In this document: positions 18,779-26,150 of the stretch, piece after piece | Layout: each line of letters starts with the position of its first letter | Numbering within the stretch: the first letter of the stretch is position 1 | Assembly: GCA_040776805.1 (NCBI GenBank) | Contig: JAXGZS010000001.1 | Location: 621,206-685,205, forward strand | Length of the DNA: 64,000 nt | Direction: 5' to 3' | From: Clostridiales bacterium | Lineage (GTDB): Bacteria > Bacillota > Dehalobacteriia > UBA7702 | Notes under the pieces: generated by a model | What the model saw: only the letters and a program-made list of their open reading frames with translations | What the model was told of the DNA's origin: nothing | Databases searched by the model: none | Made by a program: the position numbers and the translations under genes

Positions 18779-19570
18779 GTGAGGCCATTGGCTGATACGA
18801 AGCAGGCGCTGATAGAGCATTTGAATGAGTTGCGCAAAACCTTGATGTATTGCGTGATTGTCTTAGCTGTTAGCTTTGTGCTTGTATTCGCGTTGTTTTG
18901 CGATCCGCTGATGGAGATACTCTTGGCGCCGATCCGCAAGCTCGGTGTGGAATTGGTCTATACGACCTTGACCGAAGTTTGGGTGGTGAAAATGAAAGTC
19001 TCCTTTATTGCGGGGTTTGTGCTTTCTTTTCCCGTCATTTCTTTCTTTTTCTGGCGCTTTCTGCGCCCGGCCTTGTATGCCAGTGAAAAAAGAATGTTTG
19101 CCGTGATGTATTTTTCCTCCCTTTTTCTTTTTATTCTCGGTGTTTGCTTCGCTTTTGTCGCCGTATTGGGTCTAAGCATCAATTTCTTTATTTCCTTTGG
19201 CAGCGGCACTGCTGAACCCATGCTCTCCATCAGCAAGGTGGTCAGCTATATGATGAGCTTCATCATTCCTTTCGGCTTAGTATTCTTGCTGCCTTTGGTG
19301 GTGTATATCCTTACTAAAATCGGCGTCTTGTCTCCCGCGTTATTGGTGAAATCGCGGAAGTATGTCATCGTGATTCTGTCTGTTTTGGCGGCGATTTTGA
19401 CACCTCCGGATATCATTTCACAAATTTTGCTCCTCATTCCTATGCTTCTTTTGTGGGAAATCAGCGTGTTCATCGCGAAACGCGTAAAAGTGAACAAAGA
19501 CCGGCGTGAGGCCAGAGAAAGCCTCGACGCCGGCATAAAAAAGGATGAATCAAAGAGTACAACGGAATAA
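18779..19570 (+). CDS. tatC: Twin-arginine translocase subunit TatC
   Basis: Six TM helices are predicted, with the N-terminal LIEHLNELRKTL signature and the size typical of TatC. Confidence 0.9.
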   Translation: MRPLADTKQALIEHLNELRKTLMYCVIVLAVSFVLVFALFCDPLMEILLAPIRKLGVELVYTTLTEVWVVKMKVSFIAGFVLSFPVISFFFWRFLRPALYASEKRMFAVMYFSSLFLFILGVCFAFVAVLGLSINFFISFGSGTAEPMLSISKVVSYMMSFIIPFGLVFLLPLVVYILTKIGVLSPALLVKSRKYVIVILSVLAAILTPPDIISQILLLIPMLLLWEISVFIAKRVKVNKDRREARESLDAGIKKDESKSTTE

Positions 19571-19706
19571 CGGTCTACTGTAAGCCTTGGTACTGAAGGT
19601 ACTTCTGTCCATTGAAAAGACGCTTTACAAAAATCGTTCGCAACCGCAAAGGGCATCTTCGCGATTGCCGTTGTTTCGCCTTGATACACGAAAGAAGGAG
19701 AATATT

Positions 19707-20528
19707 ATGAGTTTTTTAGCTCCCAATGAAATTGCGAAGGCAGTTTCAACCCTTGGCGAAAAGAAGGGGAAAATGTCTGTCGGCAAACTGATTCTGCCCG
19801 GCCTCCTCGCCGGTGCGTATATTGCTTTGGCCGCAGTGGCCTGTATCACCATAGGCGCCGGCTGGGTCGGCGACTGGGCGGCTTCCGGCTTGAATAAGGC
19901 CGCCGGCGCCGCCGCCTTTACCGTCGGCCTCATGCTTGTGGTGGTTGCCGGCGCCGAATTGTTTACCGGTGACAATATGTATTGCGCCGTTTCTTACCTG
20001 GATAAAAAATCCACCCTTGGTGAGTTGGTGAGAAACTGGGTCACGGTTTACTTCACCAACTTCATCGGCGCCCTGGTCGTGGTATCCATGATCTATTTGG
20101 GCGGTTTCCTCCTAGCCAACGGTGAGCCTTCGGCTTTCGCGACCAAAGCCATTGCCATCGCCACGGCAAAATCCTCCCTCACCTGGGGGCAGGCATTCTT
20201 CCGCGGTATTTTCTGTAACTGGCTGGTTTGCCTCGCCGTCTGGATGGCCGTGGGCTCCCAGGATATTATCAGCAAGATCTTTGCTTGCTTTTTCCCCATC
20301 TTCACCTTCGTACTTTGCGGTTTTGAACACAGTGTCGCCAATATGTTCTTCATTCCCATGGGGATCATCGCGGCCAACGGTTCCGTGGATGTTCTCACCG
20401 TCAGCAACTTTTTAGTGGGCAACCTGATCCCCGTTACCCTCGGCAACATTGTCGGCGGCGGTATTTTCGTGGGTCTCGTTTACTACCTCATGTACCTCAA
20501 AGGCGCGGATGTCAAATTGAAAGCCTAA
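19707..20528 (+). CDS. focA: Formate/nitrite transporter family channel (FocA-like)
   Basis: FNT signature motifs ELFTGDNMY and FEHSVANM are present, with six TM segments. ATG at 19707 is preceded by AAGGAG. Confidence 0.85.
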   Translation: MSFLAPNEIAKAVSTLGEKKGKMSVGKLILPGLLAGAYIALAAVACITIGAGWVGDWAASGLNKAAGAAAFTVGLMLVVVAGAELFTGDNMYCAVSYLDKKSTLGELVRNWVTVYFTNFIGALVVVSMIYLGGFLLANGEPSAFATKAIAIATAKSSLTWGQAFFRGIFCNWLVCLAVWMAVGSQDIISKIFACFFPIFTFVLCGFEHSVANMFFIPMGIIAANGSVDVLTVSNFLVGNLIPVTLGNIVGGGIFVGLVYYLMYLKGADVKLKA

Positions 20529-20635
20529 AGACGGTCTGATTGATTGTCGGATCCCTTGGCGGTGATGCCGCGTGTAGATTTATTTTAATTTTGTGAAACC
20601 TTTTAACCTGTTATACCTGTTAATTTTGTCCTTTC

Positions 20636-20675
20636 ACCTCTGTGCTTTGATGGCACAGAGGTTCTTTTTTGGCTC
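20636..20675. terminator. Rho-independent terminator after focA
   Basis: cctctgtgc tttgatg gcacagagg, followed by ttcttttttgg. Confidence 0.75.
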
Positions 20676-20737
20676 TATAGGAAAGGCTTTTGCTTCTTTT
20701 ACCGTATCGGTTTCCCTGCAAAGAGAGGCCGGTATCC

Positions 20738-21154
20738 CTATTTTACAACCAGCACGGAACAGGGCGCCAAGCGCACAAGGCTTGCGCAGGTGCTGCCCAT
20801 GATCCTTTCATAAATTGCCGATACGCCCAAAAAGCCGATGATCAAGAGATCGATGTCTTGCTCCATGATAAACTCAATTATCGCCTTTACCTCATGTCCA
20901 AATAAGATATGAGGGATAATGGCGCCGCCCTCCGCGGCGGCGACGGCTTGCGCTTCCTCGATAATTTTTTTGTATTTGCTGTCTTCGTAATCCTTTTCAT
21001 CCATCACTTCGCTGATGGTTTCCGGAAAGCGCAGCATGGCCTCCACGGATACGGTATGCAATGGGGCGTCATAAAAACGTGCAAGCCGTATGCCCTCCGC
21101 CAACGCCTTAAAGGCGTTTTTTGAACCATCAAGACCTACCAGTATCTTGTTCAT
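20738..21154 (-). CDS. uspA: Universal stress protein (UspA family)
   Basis: 138 aa with USP-fold ATP-binding motifs (VGLDGS near the N-terminus, GSTCASL near the C-terminus). Co-operonic with the antiporter. Confidence 0.8.
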   Translation of the reverse strand: MNKILVGLDGSKNAFKALAEGIRLARFYDAPLHTVSVEAMLRFPETISEVMDEKDYEDSKYKKIIEEAQAVAAAEGGAIIPHILFGHEVKAIIEFIMEQDIDLLIIGFLGVSAIYERIMGSTCASLVRLAPCSVLVVK

Positions 21155-22361
21155 GGTGATGCTCCTCTCTTTTTACAGAATAACTGATTTTGTTTGACTT
21201 TGCCTTTCCCCAATCGTTCATCTCCTCCGCCGAAGGTTCAAAAAACCGCTGAGCGATCAAAGTTGGTATGATTGCGGTCAGGATAATGACGGTAACCAGC
21301 ACAGAATATTGGTCTTGCCCGATGATATGATGGGAAAGCCCAAATTGCGCTGAAATGGTACCGAAGGTAAGCCCGGTGGACATCAGCAGCGTTGTATAAT
21401 TGGCTTGTTTGAGCCCCATCTGAAACCCCCTTGCCGCCGGCCAGACGCCGATCATTTTGCAGAGGACTTTCATCAAGAATAAAGCGGCGATCACCCCAAA
21501 GGATAGCCAAACGGCATGCAAGGACACATGCAAGCCCGCTTTCATAAAGTAGAAAGGGGTGAAAACCGCGAAGGTGATGGTACGCATCCGGCTGATGAGG
21601 GTTTTATTTTTAACGAATACCCCCGCAACCACAAGACCGATGAGATAAGCGGGAAGCACCGCCTCGCTGCCGGCAAGGGTGGCAAGTCCCGCTAAAAGGA
21701 AGAGGACGAAAAAGATGAATTTTACTTCCGGTTCGCTGACCCTTTGTTCTCCGCATTTGGCAAGGATAAATCTTGTGAGGCGAGGCATCAAAAACATCAC
21801 GATGGCCGTGAGCACAATAAAAACAAGCAGATACAAATTGAATCCGGCAAAGAGTACACCGAGAGCGATGACAGTGGCCAAGTCGTTGACGAAACAGGCC
21901 GCCAGGATCATCTTGCCGAGGCTGGTGTTGGCTTTACCCGTTTCGATCATCACCGCATATACCACCGCCACCGAAGTCGTGGAAAGAGCGAGTCCGGCGA
22001 TTTGCGCCTGCTGGAGATCCCAGCCAAGCACAAATTGGGTAAAAAGCCAGACGCCGCCAAAGGGAAAAATGAATGCCGCGATACCGATGGTGAGACTGCT
22101 TTTTAAATTGGCGCGTAAGGAAACCGGGTCAATTTCCGCGCCGGACAGGAAGGTCAAGACGACGCTTCCCAAAGCGGCTAAAAAATCAATCCATTCATTG
22201 GTTTGGTGAAGACCCAAGAAATTTCCCGCAATCACGCCGACGATGATTTCGATCAAAGCCACAGAAATACCAAGACGTATGGAGATCAGGCTGGCGAAAA
22301 AGGCGAGGCCGATCCAGATGGCGGCGATGACCCAGGTGTTGTTCAAAATCGTTGATAACAA
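21129..22361 (-). CDS. Cation:proton antiporter (CPA family Na+/H+ or K+/H+ exchanger), fluoride-riboswitch controlled
   Basis: 410 aa with ~11-12 TM helices and Na_H_Exchanger-like topology. The gene lies immediately downstream (minus strand) of two crcB-motif riboswitches. Confidence 0.8.
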   Translation of the reverse strand: MLSTILNNTWVIAAIWIGLAFFASLISIRLGISVALIEIIVGVIAGNFLGLHQTNEWIDFLAALGSVVLTFLSGAEIDPVSLRANLKSSLTIGIAAFIFPFGGVWLFTQFVLGWDLQQAQIAGLALSTTSVAVVYAVMIETGKANTSLGKMILAACFVNDLATVIALGVLFAGFNLYLLVFIVLTAIVMFLMPRLTRFILAKCGEQRVSEPEVKFIFFVLFLLAGLATLAGSEAVLPAYLIGLVVAGVFVKNKTLISRMRTITFAVFTPFYFMKAGLHVSLHAVWLSFGVIAALFLMKVLCKMIGVWPAARGFQMGLKQANYTTLLMSTGLTFGTISAQFGLSHHIIGQDQYSVLVTVIILTAIIPTLIAQRFFEPSAEEMNDWGKAKSNKISYSVKREEHHHEQDTGRS

Positions 22362-22412
22362 AATAGAATCTCCTTTGCAAATTTAAAGTTGATATATCAT
22401 TGCGGGAGCAAT

Positions 22413-22494
22413 AAAAAACTCCTACAAATGACGCAAAGCCGCGTATCTGTAGGAGTCATTAGCTAAAAAGCGATTCAGTGAACTCCATCACTAT
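22413..22494 (-). promoter_or_regulatory. Fluoride riboswitch (crcB motif), copy 2 (gene-proximal), with intrinsic terminator
   Basis: Minus-strand RNA: AGUGAUGGAGUUCACU-GAAUCGC-...-GCUAAUGACUCCUAC. It has a P1 helix, an AUGGAGUU loop, an AAAC-like joint and the conserved 3' AAUGACUCCUAC pseudoknot strand. The terminator hairpin at 22419-22455 (ctcctaca...tgtaggag plus U-run) overlaps the 3' aptamer strand. Confidence 0.8.
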
Positions 22495-22523
22495 CGTGGA
22501 TATTGGATTTTTTAAATTTGACC

Positions 22524-22606
22524 ATAAAAAAACACCTACTTCAAATTCATGAAAGTAGGAGCCATTAGCAATTTTCATTGCGTTTCGGTGAGCCCCATCA
22601 CCATAA
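22524..22606 (-). promoter_or_regulatory. Fluoride riboswitch (crcB motif), copy 1 (promoter-proximal), with intrinsic terminator
   Basis: Minus-strand RNA: GGUGAUGGGGCUCACC-GAAACGCAAUGAAAAUUGC-UAAUGGCUCCUAC. It is near-colinear with the Thermotoga petrophila fluoride aptamer (GGCGAUGAGGCCCGCC-CAAACUGCCCUGAAAAGGGC-UGAUGGCCUCUAC). The terminator hairpin at 22533-22559 plus a U7 run overlaps the pseudoknot strand. Confidence 0.85.
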
Positions 22607-22610
22607 CGAG

Positions 22611-22639
22611 ATTATAGCACGTTGCTTTTTCTTTGTAAA
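22611..22639 (-). promoter_or_regulatory. Promoter (TTTACA-17 nt-TATAAT, minus strand) for the riboswitch-antiporter-usp operon
   Basis: Reverse complement reads ctcTTTACAaagaaaaagcaacgtgcTATAATctcg, directly 5' of aptamer 1. Confidence 0.6.
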
Positions 22640-22753
22640 GAGAAAATTTTCGGGGAAGCAACGTCTTTTGTCAAAAAAAAGGGAATCAGCTTGACAAAAG
22701 GACGCTAAAATCAGTATGATATAGCAAGAGATACGAAAAGAAGAGGTGATCAT

Positions 22754-23446
22754 ATGAATCATGATAATGTGAAGAATGCTTTTTGGGGTCATATTTCCTG
22801 TGTTGTGACAAAAGAAGAAGTTTTAAAAAGAATGGGTATGCCCGTTGATCATATGTACGGTAAGTATATTGATGAAATGATCGAGGCTTCCAAAGACATT
22901 GTCAACCCCAAAGCCGTTTGCCGGATATATACCGTTGAGCATAAAACCGAGGATGGCGTGACCGTCGGCGGCAAAGTTTTCACCAGCAAAACCCTGGCGG
23001 ATAAGCTGAAAAACATCGATCAAGTTTATGCATATCTTTGCACCTGCGGCAAGGAAATTGCCGATTTCAGCGAAGCTCAGGGTGATATCATCAAGGAGCT
23101 TGCCCTTGACGGCATCATGAATATTTATCTGCGGAAAGCCGCGATCTATATGACCGAACAGCTGGATAACGCCTTGGGCGGCCAAACCGCCTGTGTTTCT
23201 CCGGGCTCTTTCGAGGATTGGCCCCTTGCCGCGCAGCATGATCTCTTCGCGCTGATCGGTGACGATGTGGCGAAAACCGGAATCGAGCTCACGGAAAGCG
23301 GCATCATGTATCCGGTGAAGAGCGTCTCCGGGTTCCGTTTTAAGGTGACCCGGGATGATCACGATTGCCGCCTCTGTCTAAAGCGGGACTGTGCTGAGCG
23401 CAGCGGTGATTTTGATCCTGAATGCTACGAAGCCGGCCTCTGCTGA
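22754..23446 (+). CDS. Standalone vitamin-B12-dependent methionine synthase activation-domain (AdoMet-binding reactivation domain) protein with extra C-terminal Cys-rich tail
   Basis: TGIELTESGIMYPVKSVSGFRF aligns with the E. coli MetH reactivation-domain segment TGMKLTESFAMWPGASVSGWYF. The ~230 aa length fits the family. The C-terminal C-x2-C-x4-C...C-x7-C tail is additional. Confidence 0.65.
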   Translation: MNHDNVKNAFWGHISCVVTKEEVLKRMGMPVDHMYGKYIDEMIEASKDIVNPKAVCRIYTVEHKTEDGVTVGGKVFTSKTLADKLKNIDQVYAYLCTCGKEIADFSEAQGDIIKELALDGIMNIYLRKAAIYMTEQLDNALGGQTACVSPGSFEDWPLAAQHDLFALIGDDVAKTGIELTESGIMYPVKSVSGFRFKVTRDDHDCRLCLKRDCAERSGDFDPECYEAGLC

Positions 23447-23475
23447 GTAAATGATCATAAGATGAAAAGTGGCCT

Positions 23476-23505
23476 GCCGGATAAACCGCCAGGCCATTTT
23501 CTATG
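23476..23505. terminator. Bidirectional rho-independent terminator between convergent genes
   Basis: ggcctgccggataaaccgccaggcc hairpin, followed by attttcta. Confidence 0.6.
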
Positions 23506-23520
23506 ATGTTTCTTTTATGG

Positions 23521-25656
23521 TTATCCTTGCCCGGTTTCGGCGATTTTCCATCCTGTCTCAGGGGATTCAAAGACCATGGTAAAATTGGAAGATTGGTATC
23601 CGCTCTCCGTGGTGACGGTTTGCTTGTATTCCATCTCCGCCGTGACCCCGTAAACATCGCTGCTGTAGGAGGACGGCTCTATTTCGATCAGCCTGGCGGA
23701 TTTCAGATTTTCAAGGGGGTCTTTGGCGTTGATATCAGCGTCCGTCAAAGGCAGATAGACCATCTCTGAAAAGAGACTTTGATTCAACATGTTGGTGGAC
23801 AACTGTTCCAGCAGGGTTCTTTTGGCAATGCAGATTGCCGCCGCATGGGAATCTCGGTCAGAGAGGGCCTTGAAATACGTTTCGATGACCTCTTCCGGTG
23901 AAAGCTTAGACATTTCCTTTTCCGTGGCGTCCGCTTTTACACTGTGGGAAAGCCAATCGTCAACGGTTTCTCCCGCCGCTGTTTCAAAGCTCTTACCCTT
24001 TAGGCTGCAAGCAGAGAAGGTATTGTGACGCCCGGCGCTGATGAACGCGGCCACGGTTTTGTTACCGCTCTTTACGACGATGCCCCGGCAGCTTTTGATC
24101 GGGCTAAATTCCGCCGGCATGCTTTCGTGAATGCGGTAGATGGCGACAGTGACGTTTTTGCCGCCGTATGCGCTCATGTCGAGGCCGATGTCTTTAGAAA
24201 GGACGTTGTGGTAGGCAAAATAGTAGGTGTTGGCGTCGAAGCTTGACAGTGCATTGATATCGCCCAGTTTCAGCTTCTTTTCGCTGATCTCATAATCCAG
24301 GGTCCAGCCGTATTCCTGAAACAGCGCCGCGTCGTCTTTGTTCAACTGAAAATCCATGCCGGTGTTTTCAAAAAGGGCGTCGACATAACGGCCAAAGTCT
24401 TCCCCTGTTTCATAGAGGCCGCCGTCTTTTTCGATGAAAGCCTCATCGTAAAGGTCGTCATAATAAAGGGTGCAGTTGGTTTTGTCGCCGTTGCCCGATA
24501 GGGTGATGGCGTAGGACTGAAAGGTGTTGCTGTCTAATGCGGGAGTTTTTGCTGTTTCTGCCGCGGTGCTTGTTCTTATTGTTGTATCAATGTAGCTGAC
24601 GGCCTGGGGGGCGTCGCTTTGAAATTGGTCCGTGGATTTGAAGCCCATCATATCGGAGCGGTCGGTAACGCTTACGCTGTCATAGGAGCTGGTATACGCC
24701 GTTTCGGCGCTATGCTCCGTCTCCTTGCCGGCGACCAGGAAGAAGGTTCCCGCGGCGACCACAAGAAGGGCCGCAATGCTGACCCAAACGGCGGGTTTTC
24801 GATAACGCAGCACGTTTTTGACCCGATCTTTGACCCCGATTTCGCCGAAGGCGAGGGGGGTAAAAAAGCCGCGTCCTTTTACTGCCAAAGATAAAAGAGA
24901 ACCGGCATATGCTGTTCGGATATCCCCGGGATAGCGTTTCATGACGCTTTCATCCGCCGATAGCTCCATGTCCCGGATCATCAGGGCGTAGCATAGCCAC
25001 ACCAGAGGATTAAACCAATGGATTGCGGTGATGAAAAACGTCAGGGGCTTGATGAGATGATCAAAGCGGCGGATATGTGTCTCTTCGTGGGCTGTAACGT
25101 ATGTTAGCTCCATCGGTTCAAGCCCGGTGGGCACGTAGATGCGGGGACGGAAAAAGCCCAGGACGAAAGGGGTTTTGATGCGGTCGGTCTCGTAGACGCG
25201 GCCTCCCCGGCGCACCGCGGTTCTTACCCTGTATTTTAAGCGCAGATAACCGGTAATGCCATAGGCGGTGAGGACAAGGACGATGCCAAACCAAAGGTAG
25301 GCCCCGACGGTAACAGCGGTTTTCATGGGAGTTGCGCTATTTCCCACGGTGGCCGCCGGCAGGGAGCGGACCATCATATCGTTGACGGTGTCGTCAAGGA
25401 CAGGGATGCCGCTGGCAATGGCAGGATTCTCGGCATAGGCGATGTTTTGCGGTATGGTCTGAGAATCAACGGGAACGGCGCTCACCGGTAAGGCGACGGT
25501 AAAGGGGCAGATCAGTCGGAAAAATACCACAGCCCAAAGGGCGTATGAGTAGATCTTTGGCGCTTTGGTCAAGGGCAGGCGGAGCGCGATGACAATCAAG
25601 GCGACGAAGCTCGCGCTGAGGCTGATATTTAAAATGCCAATCCATAAATCAGTCAT
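23521..25656 (-). CDS. BlaR1/MecR1-like M56 peptidase-family membrane sensor/antirepressor with a ~400-aa non-PBP extracytoplasmic C-terminal domain
   Basis: Four N-terminal TM helices are predicted, with the HEETH zinc-metalloprotease motif and a further TM helix. The long C-terminal domain lacks a penicillin-binding SxxK signature. The gene overlaps blaI-like by 4 nt. Confidence 0.8.
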   Translation of the reverse strand: MTDLWIGILNISLSASFVALIVIALRLPLTKAPKIYSYALWAVVFFRLICPFTVALPVSAVPVDSQTIPQNIAYAENPAIASGIPVLDDTVNDMMVRSLPAATVGNSATPMKTAVTVGAYLWFGIVLVLTAYGITGYLRLKYRVRTAVRRGGRVYETDRIKTPFVLGFFRPRIYVPTGLEPMELTYVTAHEETHIRRFDHLIKPLTFFITAIHWFNPLVWLCYALMIRDMELSADESVMKRYPGDIRTAYAGSLLSLAVKGRGFFTPLAFGEIGVKDRVKNVLRYRKPAVWVSIAALLVVAAGTFFLVAGKETEHSAETAYTSSYDSVSVTDRSDMMGFKSTDQFQSDAPQAVSYIDTTIRTSTAAETAKTPALDSNTFQSYAITLSGNGDKTNCTLYYDDLYDEAFIEKDGGLYETGEDFGRYVDALFENTGMDFQLNKDDAALFQEYGWTLDYEISEKKLKLGDINALSSFDANTYYFAYHNVLSKDIGLDMSAYGGKNVTVAIYRIHESMPAEFSPIKSCRGIVVKSGNKTVAAFISAGRHNTFSACSLKGKSFETAAGETVDDWLSHSVKADATEKEMSKLSPEEVIETYFKALSDRDSHAAAICIAKRTLLEQLSTNMLNQSLFSEMVYLPLTDADINAKDPLENLKSARLIEIEPSSYSSDVYGVTAEMEYKQTVTTESGYQSSNFTMVFESPETGWKIAETGQG

Positions 25657-26012
25657 TTTGCCGCCTCCTCAATCATCTTCTTTATCTGCTCCGCTTCTTC
25701 CCGGGAAAGTTTTTTGTCCTGGAGAAAGGCGGCGACGAAGGTGGGTAGAGAATTGTCAAAGCTCTTTTCCATGATTTGTTCGCTCTCGTATTTTTGCACT
25801 TGAAGGCGTTTGATGAGAGAACTGACGACGGCCTCTTCGTTTTTTAAGATGCCCCGCGCCGAAAGGCGTTTCAGCACCGAGTAGGTGGTGGATTTTTTCC
25901 AGCCCAACTCCTTTTGGCAGAGCTTGACCAATTCCGTGGAATTGACGGGCTCCTTTTCCCAAACAATTTCCATGAGGCGGTATTCTGCGTCGAATATTTT
26001 GATCTCCTTCAT
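25653..26012 (-). CDS. BlaI/MecI/CopY family transcriptional repressor
   Basis: 119 aa with a winged-helix N-terminus (STELVKLCQKELGWKKSTTYSVLKRLSARG) typical of penicillinase-repressor-family proteins. The operon partner is the M56 sensor. Confidence 0.85.
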   Translation of the reverse strand: MKEIKIFDAEYRLMEIVWEKEPVNSTELVKLCQKELGWKKSTTYSVLKRLSARGILKNEEAVVSSLIKRLQVQKYESEQIMEKSFDNSLPTFVAAFLQDKKLSREEAEQIKKMIEEAAK

Positions 26013-26044
26013 GGCGATCCCCCTTCCCGTGAAGTCTAAAGTAG

Positions 26045-26076
26045 TAGACCTTACTGTGAGTCTAACACGTTAGACC
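26045..26076. promoter_or_regulatory. Candidate BlaI-family operator (TAGAC/GTCTA palindromes) overlapping the blaI promoter
   Basis: Perfect palindrome GTCTAACACGTTAGAC at 26060-26075, plus an upstream TAGACC half-site. On the minus strand it overlaps a TTGACA-17-TAGACT promoter-like sequence ~50 nt upstream of the blaI start. Confidence 0.5.
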
Positions 26077-26100
26077 TTTCGTGTCAATCAATAATTGCCT

Positions 26101-26150
26101 AAAAAACAGAACCGCAGGAGGCGTTATCCCGCGGTTCTGTCATTCTTTTA
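26101..26150. terminator. Bidirectional rho-independent terminator
   Basis: aaaaaacagaaccgc...gcggttctgt hairpin, flanked by an A-run on one side and cattctttt on the other. Confidence 0.65.
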
